A stretch of 64,000 bases of DNA from positions 1,728,001-1,792,000 of the forward strand of contig OZ245003.1 of assembly GCA_965223425.1 (NCBI GenBank), written 5' to 3'. Below, in pieces: positions 12,972 to 24,047 of the stretch. A program made the translations under genes and the position numbers. This DNA comes from Nitrosopumilus sp. (GTDB lineage Archaea > Thermoproteota > Nitrososphaeria > Nitrososphaerales > Nitrosopumilaceae). Each line of letters opens with the position of its first letter. The stretch's first letter is position 1. Below the pieces are notes generated by a model that worked only from the letters and a program-made list of their open reading frames with translations, did not search any database and was not told the origin of the DNA.

Positions 12972-12995
12972 TCGGTTCTGTTGCGTTAGTGGCTG

Positions 12996-13168
12996 TCAGC
13001 TAGAAATTTTATCCCTGTTGCGTGTCTAGTGTTTTTGAGGTATTTTGAATTATCGTCTTCCAGATTCTGCTGATCCGCTTCTGTATTCCACCATACGAAA
13101 TTGCTTCTCATGTGCAGGTTCAAACCGCCTACATGATCTCAGGCTTGGGACACATTTTGCTTAGCTGA
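12996..13168. mobile_element. MITE family B (TCAGCTA...TAGCTGA), next to an isolated IS6-like end at 12974
   Basis: Inverted termini. Its 3' part is near-identical to 29719-29754 and similar to the reverse complement of 34485-34597. Confidence 0.6.
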
Positions 13169-13359
13169 ACGCCAGGTGTTATCCAAATTGACTGATTTTG
13201 ATCAAATGAATAAACAAATTTTTACAGAGTTTGGATGATAAAATATGTGAAAAACATATGTACAAAATGCAATTTCATGAATTGAACATGGTGAAAAAAC
13301 GACATTAATTAAACGATTAATCAAAGACAATTAAATAAACTAGGAAACGGAGAAAAAAT

Positions 13360-13707
13360 ATGGCAATTTCCAAAGAGAACAAAGAATTCATTGACAGTTT
13401 AATTGAATATTACATTAGTGAATCAGAGTCATACAAGCAGATTGCAGAAAATTTTGTGGCAGAGGTGGAATCTGTTCCAGATACAGCATTTGGAATCATT
13501 ACAGGCTGTGTATATTCAGGTTTTTTGCAGGCATATCAAAATCAGCAACAGACTCCAAGTTTGGAAGATGTTCGAGAATTTAATGAAATAATAAAAGAAA
13601 ATGCCCCTAGGATCAAAAAATCAATAGTTGAGCCTGCCAATACACAAGAAACTCAAAAAGAGCCAGAAGACACATCTGACAAAGATCATCCTGAAGAAGA
13701 TCCATGA
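13360..13707 (+). CDS. Hypothetical protein
   Basis: 115-aa ORF with host-like composition; TTAAATA upstream. Confidence 0.75.
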   Translation: MAISKENKEFIDSLIEYYISESESYKQIAENFVAEVESVPDTAFGIITGCVYSGFLQAYQNQQQTPSLEDVREFNEIIKENAPRIKKSIVEPANTQETQKEPEDTSDKDHPEEDP

Positions 13708-14040
13708 TATTTTTGATGGAAGGATGCCCACTTGGAGCACCCCTCTGTTGGACGCTGGCATGCCATCGCAGATGTGGAATACGGGGCTGTTGACTTGCGA
13801 TATTAGAAAATAAGAATTTTCTACTAAAACACTTACGCAGAAATTATCACCAGAGCAATATCTGGTAAAACAGCAAATCAGTTACAGTTTAATGGCATTT
13901 ACAAGAGATGGCAAACATGAATGTGGATGGCAGTAAAATCATATTTGGTTTAGGAGTAGCTTCTGCTGTGGTGACTGCCATAGTTGCACTATATTTCTCG
14001 ATTCGTTAAAGATAAATCATCAAGAAAATATTAGAAACCA

Positions 14041-14361
14041 TTGTCAGCTGCAAATGAGTTTAAAGTTACACAAATGGTAGATAATGGCAAAATGATCCAA
14101 TTAACCCTAATTGAAAACGTTTCAACTGAGCCCATTTCACAAAAACAAATGATCATAGAAAATGTTGCAAAAAAACTGGATTCTGAAACCAAGGAACAGG
14201 TAATGCCGTTATTAGAGGCAATATTACAGGCCCAACCAACTGTAAATATCAAAACATATCAACAAACACAAATCACCATAGCAATGCCAAAATCAAGGTA
14301 TGACAGCATGGGGAAACCCCAAGTTGGAAATATAATTGCAGTAAATTTAAAAAAGTTCTAA
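14041..14361 (+). CDS. Hypothetical protein
   Basis: 106-aa ORF with TTG start and host-like composition. Confidence 0.7.
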   Translation: MSAANEFKVTQMVDNGKMIQLTLIENVSTEPISQKQMIIENVAKKLDSETKEQVMPLLEAILQAQPTVNIKTYQQTQITIAMPKSRYDSMGKPQVGNIIAVNLKKF

Positions 14362-16385
14362 AGATGCGAGTTTATCTCGTCCATGGTGCGTAATGGCAAT
14401 GAGCAAGAAAAATCCTTGCAGACAAAAACCGTAGTCTTATCTTCAAAAAGTTTTCCGGCAAAAAAAGGATATTCAGCCAACTTTTCTAGTTGATTAGAAC
14501 TTTGAATTGTAACCAAAAAAGAGTTGGGAGAATAGTTTGTTAGAAGAGATCTGCAAAGGCTGGAGTTTTCTGGATTGATTACAGTAATTTCTACAGGCTT
14601 TTGCAGGTAGATAGAAATGGTGTTAAGCAGATGGCCAAATCCAAATGGGTTTTCTGCTGCCATTTGTGCCTGAGATTCCATTATTTTTGTAGCAATTTCA
14701 AGGAAGCGTGACTCTTGGGACATGTGATACAATCGCAGCATGACAAAGGCAGAAACAGAGTTTCCAGAAGGCAAAGACAGGTCAAAGTTATTTTTTGGAC
14801 GAATGATTAGCTTTTCATGGTTGTCTGATGTCATAAAAAAACTAACGCTCTCCGAGTCCCAAAAGTGATCTACCAAGTGACGCCCAAGTCCTAATGCCAG
14901 TTTAAGATATTCAGGTTCAGGTTCAATCTCAAATACATCAAGTAGTGCATTTGCAAAATAAGAATAGTCCTCAAGGTATCCATCGATTTTTGCAACCCCA
15001 TTTTTGTAGGTTCGTAATAATCCCCCATTCACAGAGAGGTTCTTTTCGATAAAGTCAATGCAGTTTTTTGCAGCATCAAGATATCTCTGATCATTTGTTA
15101 CTCTGTAACCTTTTGCAAATGCTGTAATCATAAGAGAATTCCATGAAACTAAAATTTTATCATCTAATCCGGGAGAAATCCTCTCTGAGCGAATTTTTAA
15201 TAATTTTTCAGAGCATGTCTTTAAAATCTCTCGAACTTTGTCTTCTGAAATTCCAAAATTAAAAGCAACGGCAGAGATATTAAGATTATTACACAGGATG
15301 CTGTTTCCTTCCCAATTTCCCCCATCAGTGACATCATAGTAAAGACAAAACAGATCAGCGTCGCTGCCAAGAACTTCTTTGATTTCAGTTTTCTTCCAAA
15401 CATAGAATTTCCCTTCCACCCCCTCAGAATCTGCATCATATGCAGAATAGAATCCGCCTTCAGGGGACGTCATTTCACGTAAAACAAAATCAAGTGTTTT
15501 TTCTAACACATCAAGATAGAAAGGATCTTTTGTTATTTGATATGCCTCTACATAATTTACAGGAATTAGGGCATTATCATAAAGCATCTTTTCAAAATGA
15601 GGGACAAGCCATTTTGCATCAGTGGAATATCTGTGAAAGCCACCTCCAATTTGATCAAATATTCCGCCTTTTGCCATTTTATTGAGAGTTTTGAGCGCAA
15701 ACTCGTTGAATTTGGAAAGTCCTGAAAGTTGGGCATAGCGAAACAAAAAAGAGACATTTGCCGCATTGGGAAACTTGGGAGCAGAGCCAAATCCGCCAAA
15801 AGTTGAATCGCCTAGTTGAAACAGATTCATGGCAGCCTCGTCAAGAATCGTTCTTTCTAATTTTGACGGGGCCCTGACGGATTCTGCTTTTTGCAATGTG
15901 CTAAGAAAATTCCCAGCTGATTCTTCAACATCTTTTGGTTTTTCTTTCCATGCTTGTGATAATTGCCTGCAAATACTTCCAAAACCAGGACGTCCATAAG
16001 AATCCAGTACCGGAAAATATGTTCCAGCATAGAATGGTTTTTGATCTGGAGTAAGAAAGATACTCAAAGGCCAACCGCCCTGACCTGTTGCTGTTTGGCA
16101 GACTTTTTGATAAATATCATCAATATCAGGCCTTTCCTCCCTGTCAACTTTGATGTTCACGAAATTCTCATTCATGAATTTGGCAACCTCGTCGTTTTCA
16201 AACGACTCATGTGCCATCACATGGCACCAATGGCAGGAGCTATACCCAACACTTAGAAAAATTGGTTTATTTTCATCTTTAGCTTTTTTTAACGCCTCGC
16301 TATTCCAAGCATGCCATTGTACAGGATTATGTGCATGTTGAAGCAAGTATGGACTTGTTTCATTAATGAGATTGTTTTCTACCAC
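14358..16385 (-). CDS. Thioredoxin-domain protein, YyaL/SSP411 family
   Basis: [28 protein letters not shown] and [11 protein letters not shown] motifs. Confidence 0.95.
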   Translation of the reverse strand: MVENNLINETSPYLLQHAHNPVQWHAWNSEALKKAKDENKPIFLSVGYSSCHWCHVMAHESFENDEVAKFMNENFVNIKVDREERPDIDDIYQKVCQTATGQGGWPLSIFLTPDQKPFYAGTYFPVLDSYGRPGFGSICRQLSQAWKEKPKDVEESAGNFLSTLQKAESVRAPSKLERTILDEAAMNLFQLGDSTFGGFGSAPKFPNAANVSFLFRYAQLSGLSKFNEFALKTLNKMAKGGIFDQIGGGFHRYSTDAKWLVPHFEKMLYDNALIPVNYVEAYQITKDPFYLDVLEKTLDFVLREMTSPEGGFYSAYDADSEGVEGKFYVWKKTEIKEVLGSDADLFCLYYDVTDGGNWEGNSILCNNLNISAVAFNFGISEDKVREILKTCSEKLLKIRSERISPGLDDKILVSWNSLMITAFAKGYRVTNDQRYLDAAKNCIDFIEKNLSVNGGLLRTYKNGVAKIDGYLEDYSYFANALLDVFEIEPEPEYLKLALGLGRHLVDHFWDSESVSFFMTSDNHEKLIIRPKNNFDLSLPSGNSVSAFVMLRLYHMSQESRFLEIATKIMESQAQMAAENPFGFGHLLNTISIYLQKPVEITVINPENSSLCRSLLTNYSPNSFLVTIQSSNQLEKLAEYPFFAGKLFEDKTTVFVCKDFSCSLPLRTMDEINSHL

Positions 16386-16428
16386 GATTAATCAAATTCC
16401 TTAGAATATTTGTACTTGATTGAGCAAA

Positions 16429-16662
16429 TCAACTCCAGATTCCCTTTCCTTCAGTTAATTCGTAAATTCTGACATTGATTTTTCCAAGCAACTTGACTTT
16501 TGATTTGTGAGCTTTTTTGTCATGACTGTAATCCTTTTTTTCGACTAACTCCTGCAATCTCTTTAACTGTTCTAGGGAGAGCTTTTTGAATTCATGTTTT
16601 GAGCTTGTGATAAGCTGCAGTAGTTTTACCCGTTCACGATCTTCGCCTGCAGTTTTATCCAT
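16429..16662 (-). CDS. Hypothetical protein
   Basis: 77-aa basic helical ORF. Confidence 0.7.
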   Translation of the reverse strand: MDKTAGEDRERVKLLQLITSSKHEFKKLSLEQLKRLQELVEKKDYSHDKKAHKSKVKLLGKINVRIYELTEGKGIWS

Positions 16663-16735
16663 GAAATCATATAGGAATGGCCCTTTATTTTTCTAGTGAA
16701 CAAATCTTAAAATTTCGTGGTTGGTTTTGGAAATT

Positions 16736-17770
16736 ATGGAAAAAATGCGAGCAATGGTGCTTTCTGAGTGTGCTGCCATTGAAACAAAGCCACTCAAACT
16801 CACCGAGGTAGACAGGCACAAAATTCAAAGACCAAATGAGATTTTGCTGAAAATTGAGGCATGTGGTGTTTGTCATTCACAGCTTCATGGGATAGAGGGG
16901 GATTGGAAAGACATAGGGATTCCGCCAACTCTTCCAACGATTCCAGGTCACGAAGTGGTTGGAAAAGTAGTCCAAATCGGAGACAGTGTTGCAAAATTCA
17001 AGGTTGGGGACAGGGCAGGAATAACGCCACTTTTAGAGGCATGCAAAGACTGTCAATACTGCAAAGAAGGAAAAGAGTATCTTTGTGAATCATCAGTAAT
17101 TCTAGGAGAGTCCTTCAAAGGCGGATACGCAGAATACGTTACGGTGACAGAAGATTTTGCAACCAAAGTTCCAGAAAGTATGAAACCCGAATATGCCGCA
17201 CCATTGTTTTGTGCTGGAATCACAGCATACAAGGCAGTCAAAGCTGCAGAACCAGAATCTCATAAAAAAATCGGAATTTTTGGAATTGGCGGTGTTGGCC
17301 ACATGGCAGTACAGTTTGCCAAAGTAGAAGGTTGCAAGGTGATTGCACTTTCTCGAAGTCAAAATCATCTTGATGTGGCAAAGAGGCTAGGTGCAGTGGA
17401 TGCAATGGCCTTTTCTCAAAACCAAGAGGAATTTTTGAACAAATTAAAAGAAAAACACGGACTCTTAGATGCAGCGGTTGTTTTTGCACCAGCAGACGTT
17501 GTAACTGATACTGCAATAAAATCAGTAAAAAAAGGCGGAATGGTTGTGATTGCAACAGTTGGAGAAAACCCAGCATTTATGGCATTTGAAGAAAAGACTA
17601 TCAGAGGCACGCTAATTGGTTCAACAAAAGATATGGAGCAAGTAATCAAGATATGTGGTGAAAAAAATATCGAGGTGATTTCTGAGACGTTTCCGTTAGA
17701 AAGTGCAAACGAAGTACTCAAAAAATTAAAAGATTCGGAAATTCAAGCCAGAGGGGTTTTGATTCCTTGA
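16736..17770 (+). CDS. Zinc-dependent alcohol dehydrogenase
   Basis: CGVCHS, PGHEVVG, structural Zn CxxCxxC-7x-C and GIGGVG. Start position uncertain. Confidence 0.95.
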   Translation: MEKMRAMVLSECAAIETKPLKLTEVDRHKIQRPNEILLKIEACGVCHSQLHGIEGDWKDIGIPPTLPTIPGHEVVGKVVQIGDSVAKFKVGDRAGITPLLEACKDCQYCKEGKEYLCESSVILGESFKGGYAEYVTVTEDFATKVPESMKPEYAAPLFCAGITAYKAVKAAEPESHKKIGIFGIGGVGHMAVQFAKVEGCKVIALSRSQNHLDVAKRLGAVDAMAFSQNQEEFLNKLKEKHGLLDAAVVFAPADVVTDTAIKSVKKGGMVVIATVGENPAFMAFEEKTIRGTLIGSTKDMEQVIKICGEKNIEVISETFPLESANEVLKKLKDSEIQARGVLIP

Positions 17771-17807
17771 CTTTTGGCTTAAATATTAGGAAAATAGGTT
17801 TTGTGCT

Positions 17808-17960
17808 ATGAATTGCAAACGATGCCATCACACAGATGAGGCACACATCTCAAATGATAATAGTAATTCAATAATTAAGGCAGGAAAATGTCAAATTCCA
17901 ACCTGCACATGCCAGCAGTATTTAGATCCGATTCAAGAAATTGATGAAGAGTTATTGTAA
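17808..17960 (+). CDS. Small Cys/His-rich protein (50 aa, not in the ORF track)
   Basis: Translated by hand: MNCKRCHHTDEAH...KCQIPTCTCQQY...EELL*. TTAAATA upstream. Confidence 0.7.
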   Translation: MNCKRCHHTDEAHISNDNSNSIIKAGKCQIPTCTCQQYLDPIQEIDEELL

Positions 17961-17992
17961 CGATTCATATACCAAAATCTTTTCGGATAATT

Positions 17993-18226
17993 ATGGGCAA
18001 ACACAAGCCATCAGATGAAATGATAAAAGAACTAGACAACATATTATCAAAACTCAATGCTATGGAGATCGTTTCATCAGATGACTATCAAAAAAATTCA
18101 ATTAAAGTTATGAGGGCATTAGTAGAAGGACAAATACACTCAGTTAACGAATTCCAGCATTTGAAAAAAGCAATAGATTTGTTAACTTTGCAGTTATTTG
18201 ACGTTCAAAACAAAGTTAAGAGTTAA
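17993..18226 (+). CDS. Hypothetical protein
   Basis: 77-aa helical ORF. Confidence 0.75.
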   Translation: MGKHKPSDEMIKELDNILSKLNAMEIVSSDDYQKNSIKVMRALVEGQIHSVNEFQHLKKAIDLLTLQLFDVQNKVKS

Positions 18227-18755
18227 GCTTAGTGTCACTCATTCCACAACCAGTACAGCGAAAAAGAGTAGATTTTTCAAGAACTTTTTCGGGTTTCATC
18301 TCAGCCCCACAGCAAGGACACGGAAATTTTTCTGAATCCAAACTTGGTTCTTCTGTTTTTCGAACAGCATAATCAGGTTCTACTTTAGGGGCATCTGCAG
18401 TATTACATGGGGGCTTGTAATGGGTCAAAACTCTGTTAAGAATATTTTTTCTGGAACCGTTACTTGAGTCAAACATTGGCAATATTGCAAGATGCAAGGA
18501 TTTTTCAGGACCGGAGTGTTGAGCCCAGCATTTGAAGAGAGGGTGTTGAGCAAAAAAGGACTTGTCATTAGTCTTTTCACAATCACCGACATAGACAATA
18601 TTGAACCTGTCCTTGTCTCTGGCCATGATCAAATACACAAGTTTTTCCATGGGAGGTCCCCACTCATCAAGAGGGATAGGTCCGAGAAACTCGTATTGAA
18701 GAATCTGAATGCCCATGAGAGTATTTTTGAGCACTATCTTTTCTTTATTTCCCAA
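18216..18755 (-). CDS. Hypothetical protein with GIY-YIG-like N-terminus and C-terminal Zn ribbon
   Basis: LVY...IVYVG, CPCCG and CTGCG. The true start is probably downstream (MGIQ). Confidence 0.7.
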   Translation of the reverse strand: MGNKEKIVLKNTLMGIQILQYEFLGPIPLDEWGPPMEKLVYLIMARDKDRFNIVYVGDCEKTNDKSFFAQHPLFKCWAQHSGPEKSLHLAILPMFDSSNGSRKNILNRVLTHYKPPCNTADAPKVEPDYAVRKTEEPSLDSEKFPCPCCGAEMKPEKVLEKSTLFRCTGCGMSDTKLNS

Positions 18756-18878
18756 AAAATCATGCTAATATCGTATTTTGATCGCAAAATCCAAGTATAA
18801 AGCCATCCTCCCCTAGGTGATTTTGTACAAATCCAAACTTGAAAAGATTAAATTCAAGAGCTATGGATTTTTCGTTAA

Positions 18879-19127
18879 ATGAAAGAGCCCCACAATTATG
18901 CAAAAGTCGGGTATTCCATGATTGTAGTTTCTGCAAGTCTTGCAGCAATCGGACTATTGGCATTGGCAATTAGTGATGATGTGCTTTTTTCAGACAACAT
19001 ACAAAGAGAAAACACTGCTCATTTCAATGAATGCAAAGAAAACGATTTCAAAACAGATGGTTGTGAAAAATACTGGGATAGAATTAACAATAAAATCTCA
19101 GGAATTTATGTAGATCTTGACAAATAA
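18879..19127 (+). CDS. Small membrane protein
   Basis: One TM helix, two Cys. Confidence 0.7.
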   Translation: MKEPHNYAKVGYSMIVVSASLAAIGLLALAISDDVLFSDNIQRENTAHFNECKENDFKTDGCEKYWDRINNKISGIYVDLDK

Positions 19128-19129
19128 TT

Positions 19130-19840
19130 TCAAAGTCCATTGGCAAAGTCTTCTATCATATTTTGATTTTTTGTTAGCCTATTCATGGCATAAAATGCCC
19201 CACCAACAATTCCTGCCTGATAAAAGGTATACAAGAAAACACCTGAGAATGTTGGATCTGATCTGGTAAAACTTAGAGCAAGCATGGTAAAGAATACAAA
19301 CGTTCCAACAAAGGTCACCATTCTGTTTAAAAATCCAAAATTCATTCCAACAATTCTTTTAGTTGCTGCTGCCATCAATGTAATACTGGTAATTATGAGA
19401 AAAGTTGCACCGCCATTTGCTGTAATGAAATTATTTAACCAAACCAAAAGCCCGTCTTCCAATAGTGGGGTAGCAGGCATTATACTGCCCCCATTTATGG
19501 CAAAATTTACGGAGCTGAACATGCCGCCAATTACAAAAAAGAATAAAAAGATTTTTACAATTTTTCTTTTAAACGCACTACGAATTTCTGTGGGTTTTAC
19601 TGCCCGTTCTGTAATTCTAACTCCATAAAGAAATCCCACCGCCATGGCAGGAATAAACATGATGTTGATTAGAATTGGAGACTCTTTATTGACAGCCTCA
19701 ATTTGAGGATGAAAGACCAGAAATACGATTAGCGCAAGGGTAGCTGCAGACCCAAATAGTATCAAGCCCAGATGTCGGTATCCAGCTGGCTCGTAGACAT
19801 TGCCCCAATTCTGCATTTTATTGACTCTTGGGAAAATCAT
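19130..19840 (-). CDS. Multi-pass membrane protein
   Basis: About six hydrophobic segments. Confidence 0.8.
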   Translation of the reverse strand: MIFPRVNKMQNWGNVYEPAGYRHLGLILFGSAATLALIVFLVFHPQIEAVNKESPILINIMFIPAMAVGFLYGVRITERAVKPTEIRSAFKRKIVKIFLFFFVIGGMFSSVNFAINGGSIMPATPLLEDGLLVWLNNFITANGGATFLIITSITLMAAATKRIVGMNFGFLNRMVTFVGTFVFFTMLALSFTRSDPTFSGVFLYTFYQAGIVGGAFYAMNRLTKNQNMIEDFANGL

Positions 19841-19919
19841 TAAAGACTAAATCAAAAAATCATTTGGTCAAATGGTATAGAGATTTTACCCTTTTTAGTA
19901 GAAATAAAGTAAACTGTTC

Positions 19920-20138
19920 ATGAGAAGAGGCACTCCGTTAATCATCATAGGCAGCATAATCATGGTTTTTGGCCTGGTCTTTCAGTTTCAGGGCCAGTCA
20001 GCAATAGGGCCCGAATCCTCCTTTATGTATGCCAATCCAGAATGGATTACACGCGGAATTCAAATTGCAATAGCGGGCATCATCGTAGCCACTGCAGGCA
20101 TAGCAATCAGTACAATTAGAAAAAATGTAACTGTATAG
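19920..20138 (+). CDS. Small two-TM membrane protein
   Basis: Two hydrophobic helices with a QGQSAIGPESSFMY loop. Confidence 0.75.
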   Translation: MRRGTPLIIIGSIIMVFGLVFQFQGQSAIGPESSFMYANPEWITRGIQIAIAGIIVATAGIAISTIRKNVTV

Positions 20139-20172
20139 AGTTATGAAGCGGTTCTGAGATATTCTAGCATGT

Positions 20173-21544
20173 CAGTAGTTCCCAGATGTAGGTTTGTGCC
20201 CAGATGTAGGTTTGTGCCCAGATGCCGGTGCGTTACCGCATAACTGCAATGCAAAGATCCAGATTAGGCTACGGCGTGCAAGACGTCATGAAAGTCGAAT
20301 TACAAGACGATCTGATCGCACACCAGTACAATATAACATCAAACCGGTTTAAAATCCTGCGCTCGTCGTTTCAAAAGCTTGGCATGCCAATGTCTGAGAG
20401 GCACAACGCCGTATACGGATGCGGCGACATACTGGACGTGCCAATCAGGGCGTCTGAGAGAAACACGTTTGTAGAATCCCCCGTACGGCGCAGCAGGCTT
20501 CAAGACACGGGTGCACGTACGCCTGATGCAGGCCTGGTCATGTCTGCAGTCCGTGGCGTCGAACCGGCAGACGTGCAGGGCTGGTGTGCAAGGACGCTGG
20601 CACGCACGGTGCGGCACGCCCGCCATACAGGAATGCTGCAGGACATCGACGCCATTGCAATAGACGTTACGGACATACCATACTTGGAGAGCAGCTGCAG
20701 GAGCATACAGAAAAGTCGCGTCCAAAGGCAGGAACATCCACGTTTCTCTCGTATGTCGCAGTGCACGGAGTCGGCAGGGACTCCTCGCAGATTGTCCCAG
20801 AGTCGAAGCTGCTGCCGGCAAAGGAAAAACTGGCCGATTTTATAGCCAAAACACGCACGAAAATCCCCAGAGGGGGGGGAGCACACTCAAAGACCGTGTT
20901 CCTGTACGACCGCGCCTTTTACAGCGCTGACTGCATGACAGAGGCAGGAAGGGGCGGGTGCCGCTACATCATGCCTGTCATCATGAACTCCAAGATCAGG
21001 AGGATAGTCAAGATGTACAAGGACGGAAAGGCAAGCCAGGTATCGCAGCAGTCAATGACCAACAAAGACGGCGCAACTGTGACCTACAACCTTGTAATTG
21101 TCAAAAGAGACAGGAAGAAGAAGAAGAAAAAGGGGGAGGGGGAAGAGGAGGAAGAGGAGCAATACATTGCGTTTGCAACAAACATTCCCATCAGGAGCGC
21201 CAGAGCCATGACAGGCATCATACCGGAGCAGTACCGCAAGATGGGGCATCGAGACGGGGTTTCGCGTCATAAAGGAGATCATGGGCAGGACATGCAGCAA
21301 CTCCCTGTCTGTGAGGCTGCTGATGTTTTACATGCCGCTGCTGCTGTACAACCTGTGGAGGATTGCCAGGTTCTGCCTTGATGCGGGAAAGAGGCATGGA
21401 AGAGTGTCTTCTGCGGGAAAAAAACTCACCATGGCGTTGTTTATCGTGTACATTACAAGCAGAAACGAGTTGTTTGTCAATGATCGAGGCAAGTAGAACC
21501 GATGCCAGTTGCGGTTGCGGTAAATCTACATCTGGGAACTACTG
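20173..21544 (+). mobile_element. ISH3/IS4-like element, copy 1 (frameshifted transposase)
   Basis: TIR CAGTAGTTCCCAGATGTAG / CTACATCTGGGAACTACTG. Transposase is split over three frames and is near-identical to 59226-60594. Confidence 0.9.
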
Positions 21545-21547
21545 ACA

Positions 21548-21996
21548 TGAGTGAGCTTTCAAAGAAGGATCAAAAACAAGTCATACAAAATCTTGATTTT
21601 TCCTCATCTGATATTCGTGTTTGGTGTTTTCATGTTAATCGTCAACACATAGAAAATTACATATCAGATCATAAAAAATTAAAAAAATTTAGGTTTGAGA
21701 AAAAGAGAATACACAAAAACTTTGATCTCAATTGGTTTCGATTATTCAGAAATGAATTTGAAGTATTTGTGACATCACATGGAAAAGTTATTTCAGACAT
21801 TATAGTTCAGACTGATGCTGACATGCAACATACCATAACAAACTGGCGTATGGCAAATGAATACAAAGGAAGAGCTCATGAATTAGCTGATGCCGTAGTG
21901 TGGTGTAATCAAAAAAATATCAAAACCAAAAACTGTAAGGTAATGGATCTACGAGAAGATATCAAAAAAAGCATGAAGCGAGATTTGTTGGAATGA
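21548..21996 (+). CDS. Hypothetical protein, possibly a 5'-truncated DUF3800-like protein
   Basis: AT-rich ORF starting right after the IS end; C-terminal HELADAVVWCN. Confidence 0.55.
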
Positions 21997-22104
21997 TGAA
22001 ATTGTCAGAAACAATTGCCCCTAGTACCCTCGGTAGTCCCGTGGATCTAGAGGATAAGTATTCTGACAAACACACTACAGCATACCAATATAAAAAATCT
22101 CACC

Positions 22105-22605
22105 TCATTTTTGTGACTGATTTTTCACAGATTTGCTCTTCTTTGCGTTTATTCCATTTGGGATAAACCCCATAATTTTCTCCAGCATATTTTGTATCCG
22201 CCACCTAACGCTTGACGTGTTTTTCACTAGTGTAAAGACACTGCCTGCAATCAACGGAACAGTGACTAGTGCCATCAGGTAGGTATAGTCCTCCCTATAC
22301 ACTGCAACAATGTGTGAATCCCTGCTTGCAACAAAAGACACTACAGGCGAATCTGCATCAATTCCCTCCCAGTGATCAAACACGTCACGAATCAAAAACA
22401 AGACCCTGTCTTTGTCTGGTGCAGATATTTTGACTGTGTCGCCAATCTTATACACGCCAGAGCCCTGCCCGTCAACCACGTCAATCAGAATCTCCTCGTT
22501 GTACGATGCTGATATCCTTACATCCTGTGTTGGTGTAATGTGAAGATAATTCTCCTTGATCTCCTCACCGTTTACAGTCATCTTTTCAAATGTAGACTTT
22601 ATGCA
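22105..22605 (-). pseudogene. C-terminal fragment of a membrane-anchored surface protein
   Basis: GQGSGVYKIGDTVKISAP...VFDHWEG repeat-like domain plus a TM helix. The called N-terminal part is the antisense of a tandem repeat. Confidence 0.6.
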
Positions 22606-22713
22606 TAATTGAATCATAAAAATTTTTCCGAAAGATTTAGATCCATTTTGATCGCCGCAACAGGTAATGGAATCTTCAGAACAGACGATACGCAGGCTGC
22701 AAAGGGAGCTCAA

Positions 22714-22893
22714 GCAAAAGGACACAGCAATCAGGCAAAAGGACACAGCAATCAGGCAAAAGGACACAGCAATCAGGCAAAAGGACACAGCAATCAGGCA
22801 AAAGGACACAGCAATCAGGCAAAAGGACACAGCAATCAGGCAGAACAACACAGCAATCAGGCAGAACAACACAGCAATCAGGCAGAACAACAC
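22714..22893 (+). repeat. 21-bp tandem repeat (about 8.5 units) encoding QKDTAIR/QNNTAIR heptads
   Basis: GACACAGCAATCAGGCAAAAG units followed by AACACAGCAATCAGGCAGAAC variants, within ORF 22667-22897. Confidence 0.9.
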
Positions 22894-23014
22894 ATAGTAA
22901 GCACATAAAAAAACTGAATCATTTTGACAATTATTTTTGGCCAAAAGATCCAAGACCGGCCATATCGCACACACTGCATGTACAAACAAAAAAAGAGACA
23001 GGCTGCAGGGGGGC

Positions 23015-24047
23015 AAAATTTCTGCCAAACACCGGCGTTGCAGACCTCAAAAGGGCATACAAAAAAGAGACCGATCCCAGAAGGCGCGACAGGCTGCTTG
23101 CGTACATGCAGCGCAAGGACGGCGTGCCGCTAGACAGGATCGGAAGAATGCTGGGAAGGCCCAAGTCCACCATATCTGCATGGCTCAACCGCGCACAAGA
23201 CGAGGGAATACGCGCAAGGTTCGAGCGCAGCGGCAGGGGACGAAAGCGTTTGATAGACGGACTGCAGACAAGACAGCTTGCAGCAGACATGGATGCGGGG
23301 CCGGAGTCATGCGGCTTTGAGAGCAGCCTGTGGGATTCCAGCCTCGCAAGGCTGCACATCAAGCGAAAGTTCGGCGTGCAGTACAGCAAGGCAGGCGTGC
23401 TGCAGCTGGTCAGGGAGATGGGCTTTTCGTGGAGCAGGGCGCGTCCAAAAAACCCCAAGTCAGCCTCAAAAAGAAAGCAAAAAGAGTTTCAGGAGCGGGC
23501 AAAAAAACCCGTTGCAGAAAAGTCGGCGCAGGGATACACCGTACTGGCAAACGACGAGTCCTCGATTCAAAAGGCATCAAACAGGCCCGGCTACGGGTGG
23601 AGAAGGCGCGGCAGACATGCCACATCCCCATCTTTTTTGTCACGCAAGAGAAGATACATTTGGAGTCCTGTCAGCAAACGCATTTTACCTTATGTTCTAT
23701 GAAAAGCCAGACAGCGACGGCTTTTGCAGCTTTTTGGAACGGGTTCACAAAAGATTCGGCAGGGTGCTGCTGTCTGTGGACAATGCGTCATATCACAAAT
23801 CCAAAAAGGCAAGGGAGTTTCTGGAAAGATACAACGGCGAGACAGTTCTGGAATGCCTGCTGCCGTACACGCCGGAGCTTAATCCCATTGAGATGCAGTG
23901 GAGGGTGATAAAGCGGGTACTGTCTGCAAAGGTGTTTGGCACGCTAGATGAGATGGAGCAGTCAGTACGCAAGCTGTTTGCCAGAAAGGAGATCCTGCCT
24001 GTGAAAATGTTCAATTATTTAATATGCTAACTATGGCAGAGATTCTG
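23015..24047 (+). mobile_element. IS630-family element (frameshifted transposase)
   Basis: HTH, ANDES, VDNASYH and PYTPELNPIE motifs; frameshift near 23655. Imperfect IR CAAAATTTCTGCCA / TGGCAGAGATTCTG. Confidence 0.85.

Noticed and set aside
20168-21549. CATG as the TSD of ISH3 copy 1
   Set aside because: It needs ends one base longer than those fixed by the AAAT-flanked copy at 59226-60594, so no TSD is claimed.
22606-23028. Hydrophobic LIAVSFC repeats in ORF 22105-23028
   Set aside because: Antisense reading of the 21-bp repeat; not a real membrane domain.
23500-23510. A7 programmed frameshift in the IS630 element
   Set aside because: The first frame already continues through the catalytic DES motif; the real break near 23655 looks like decay.
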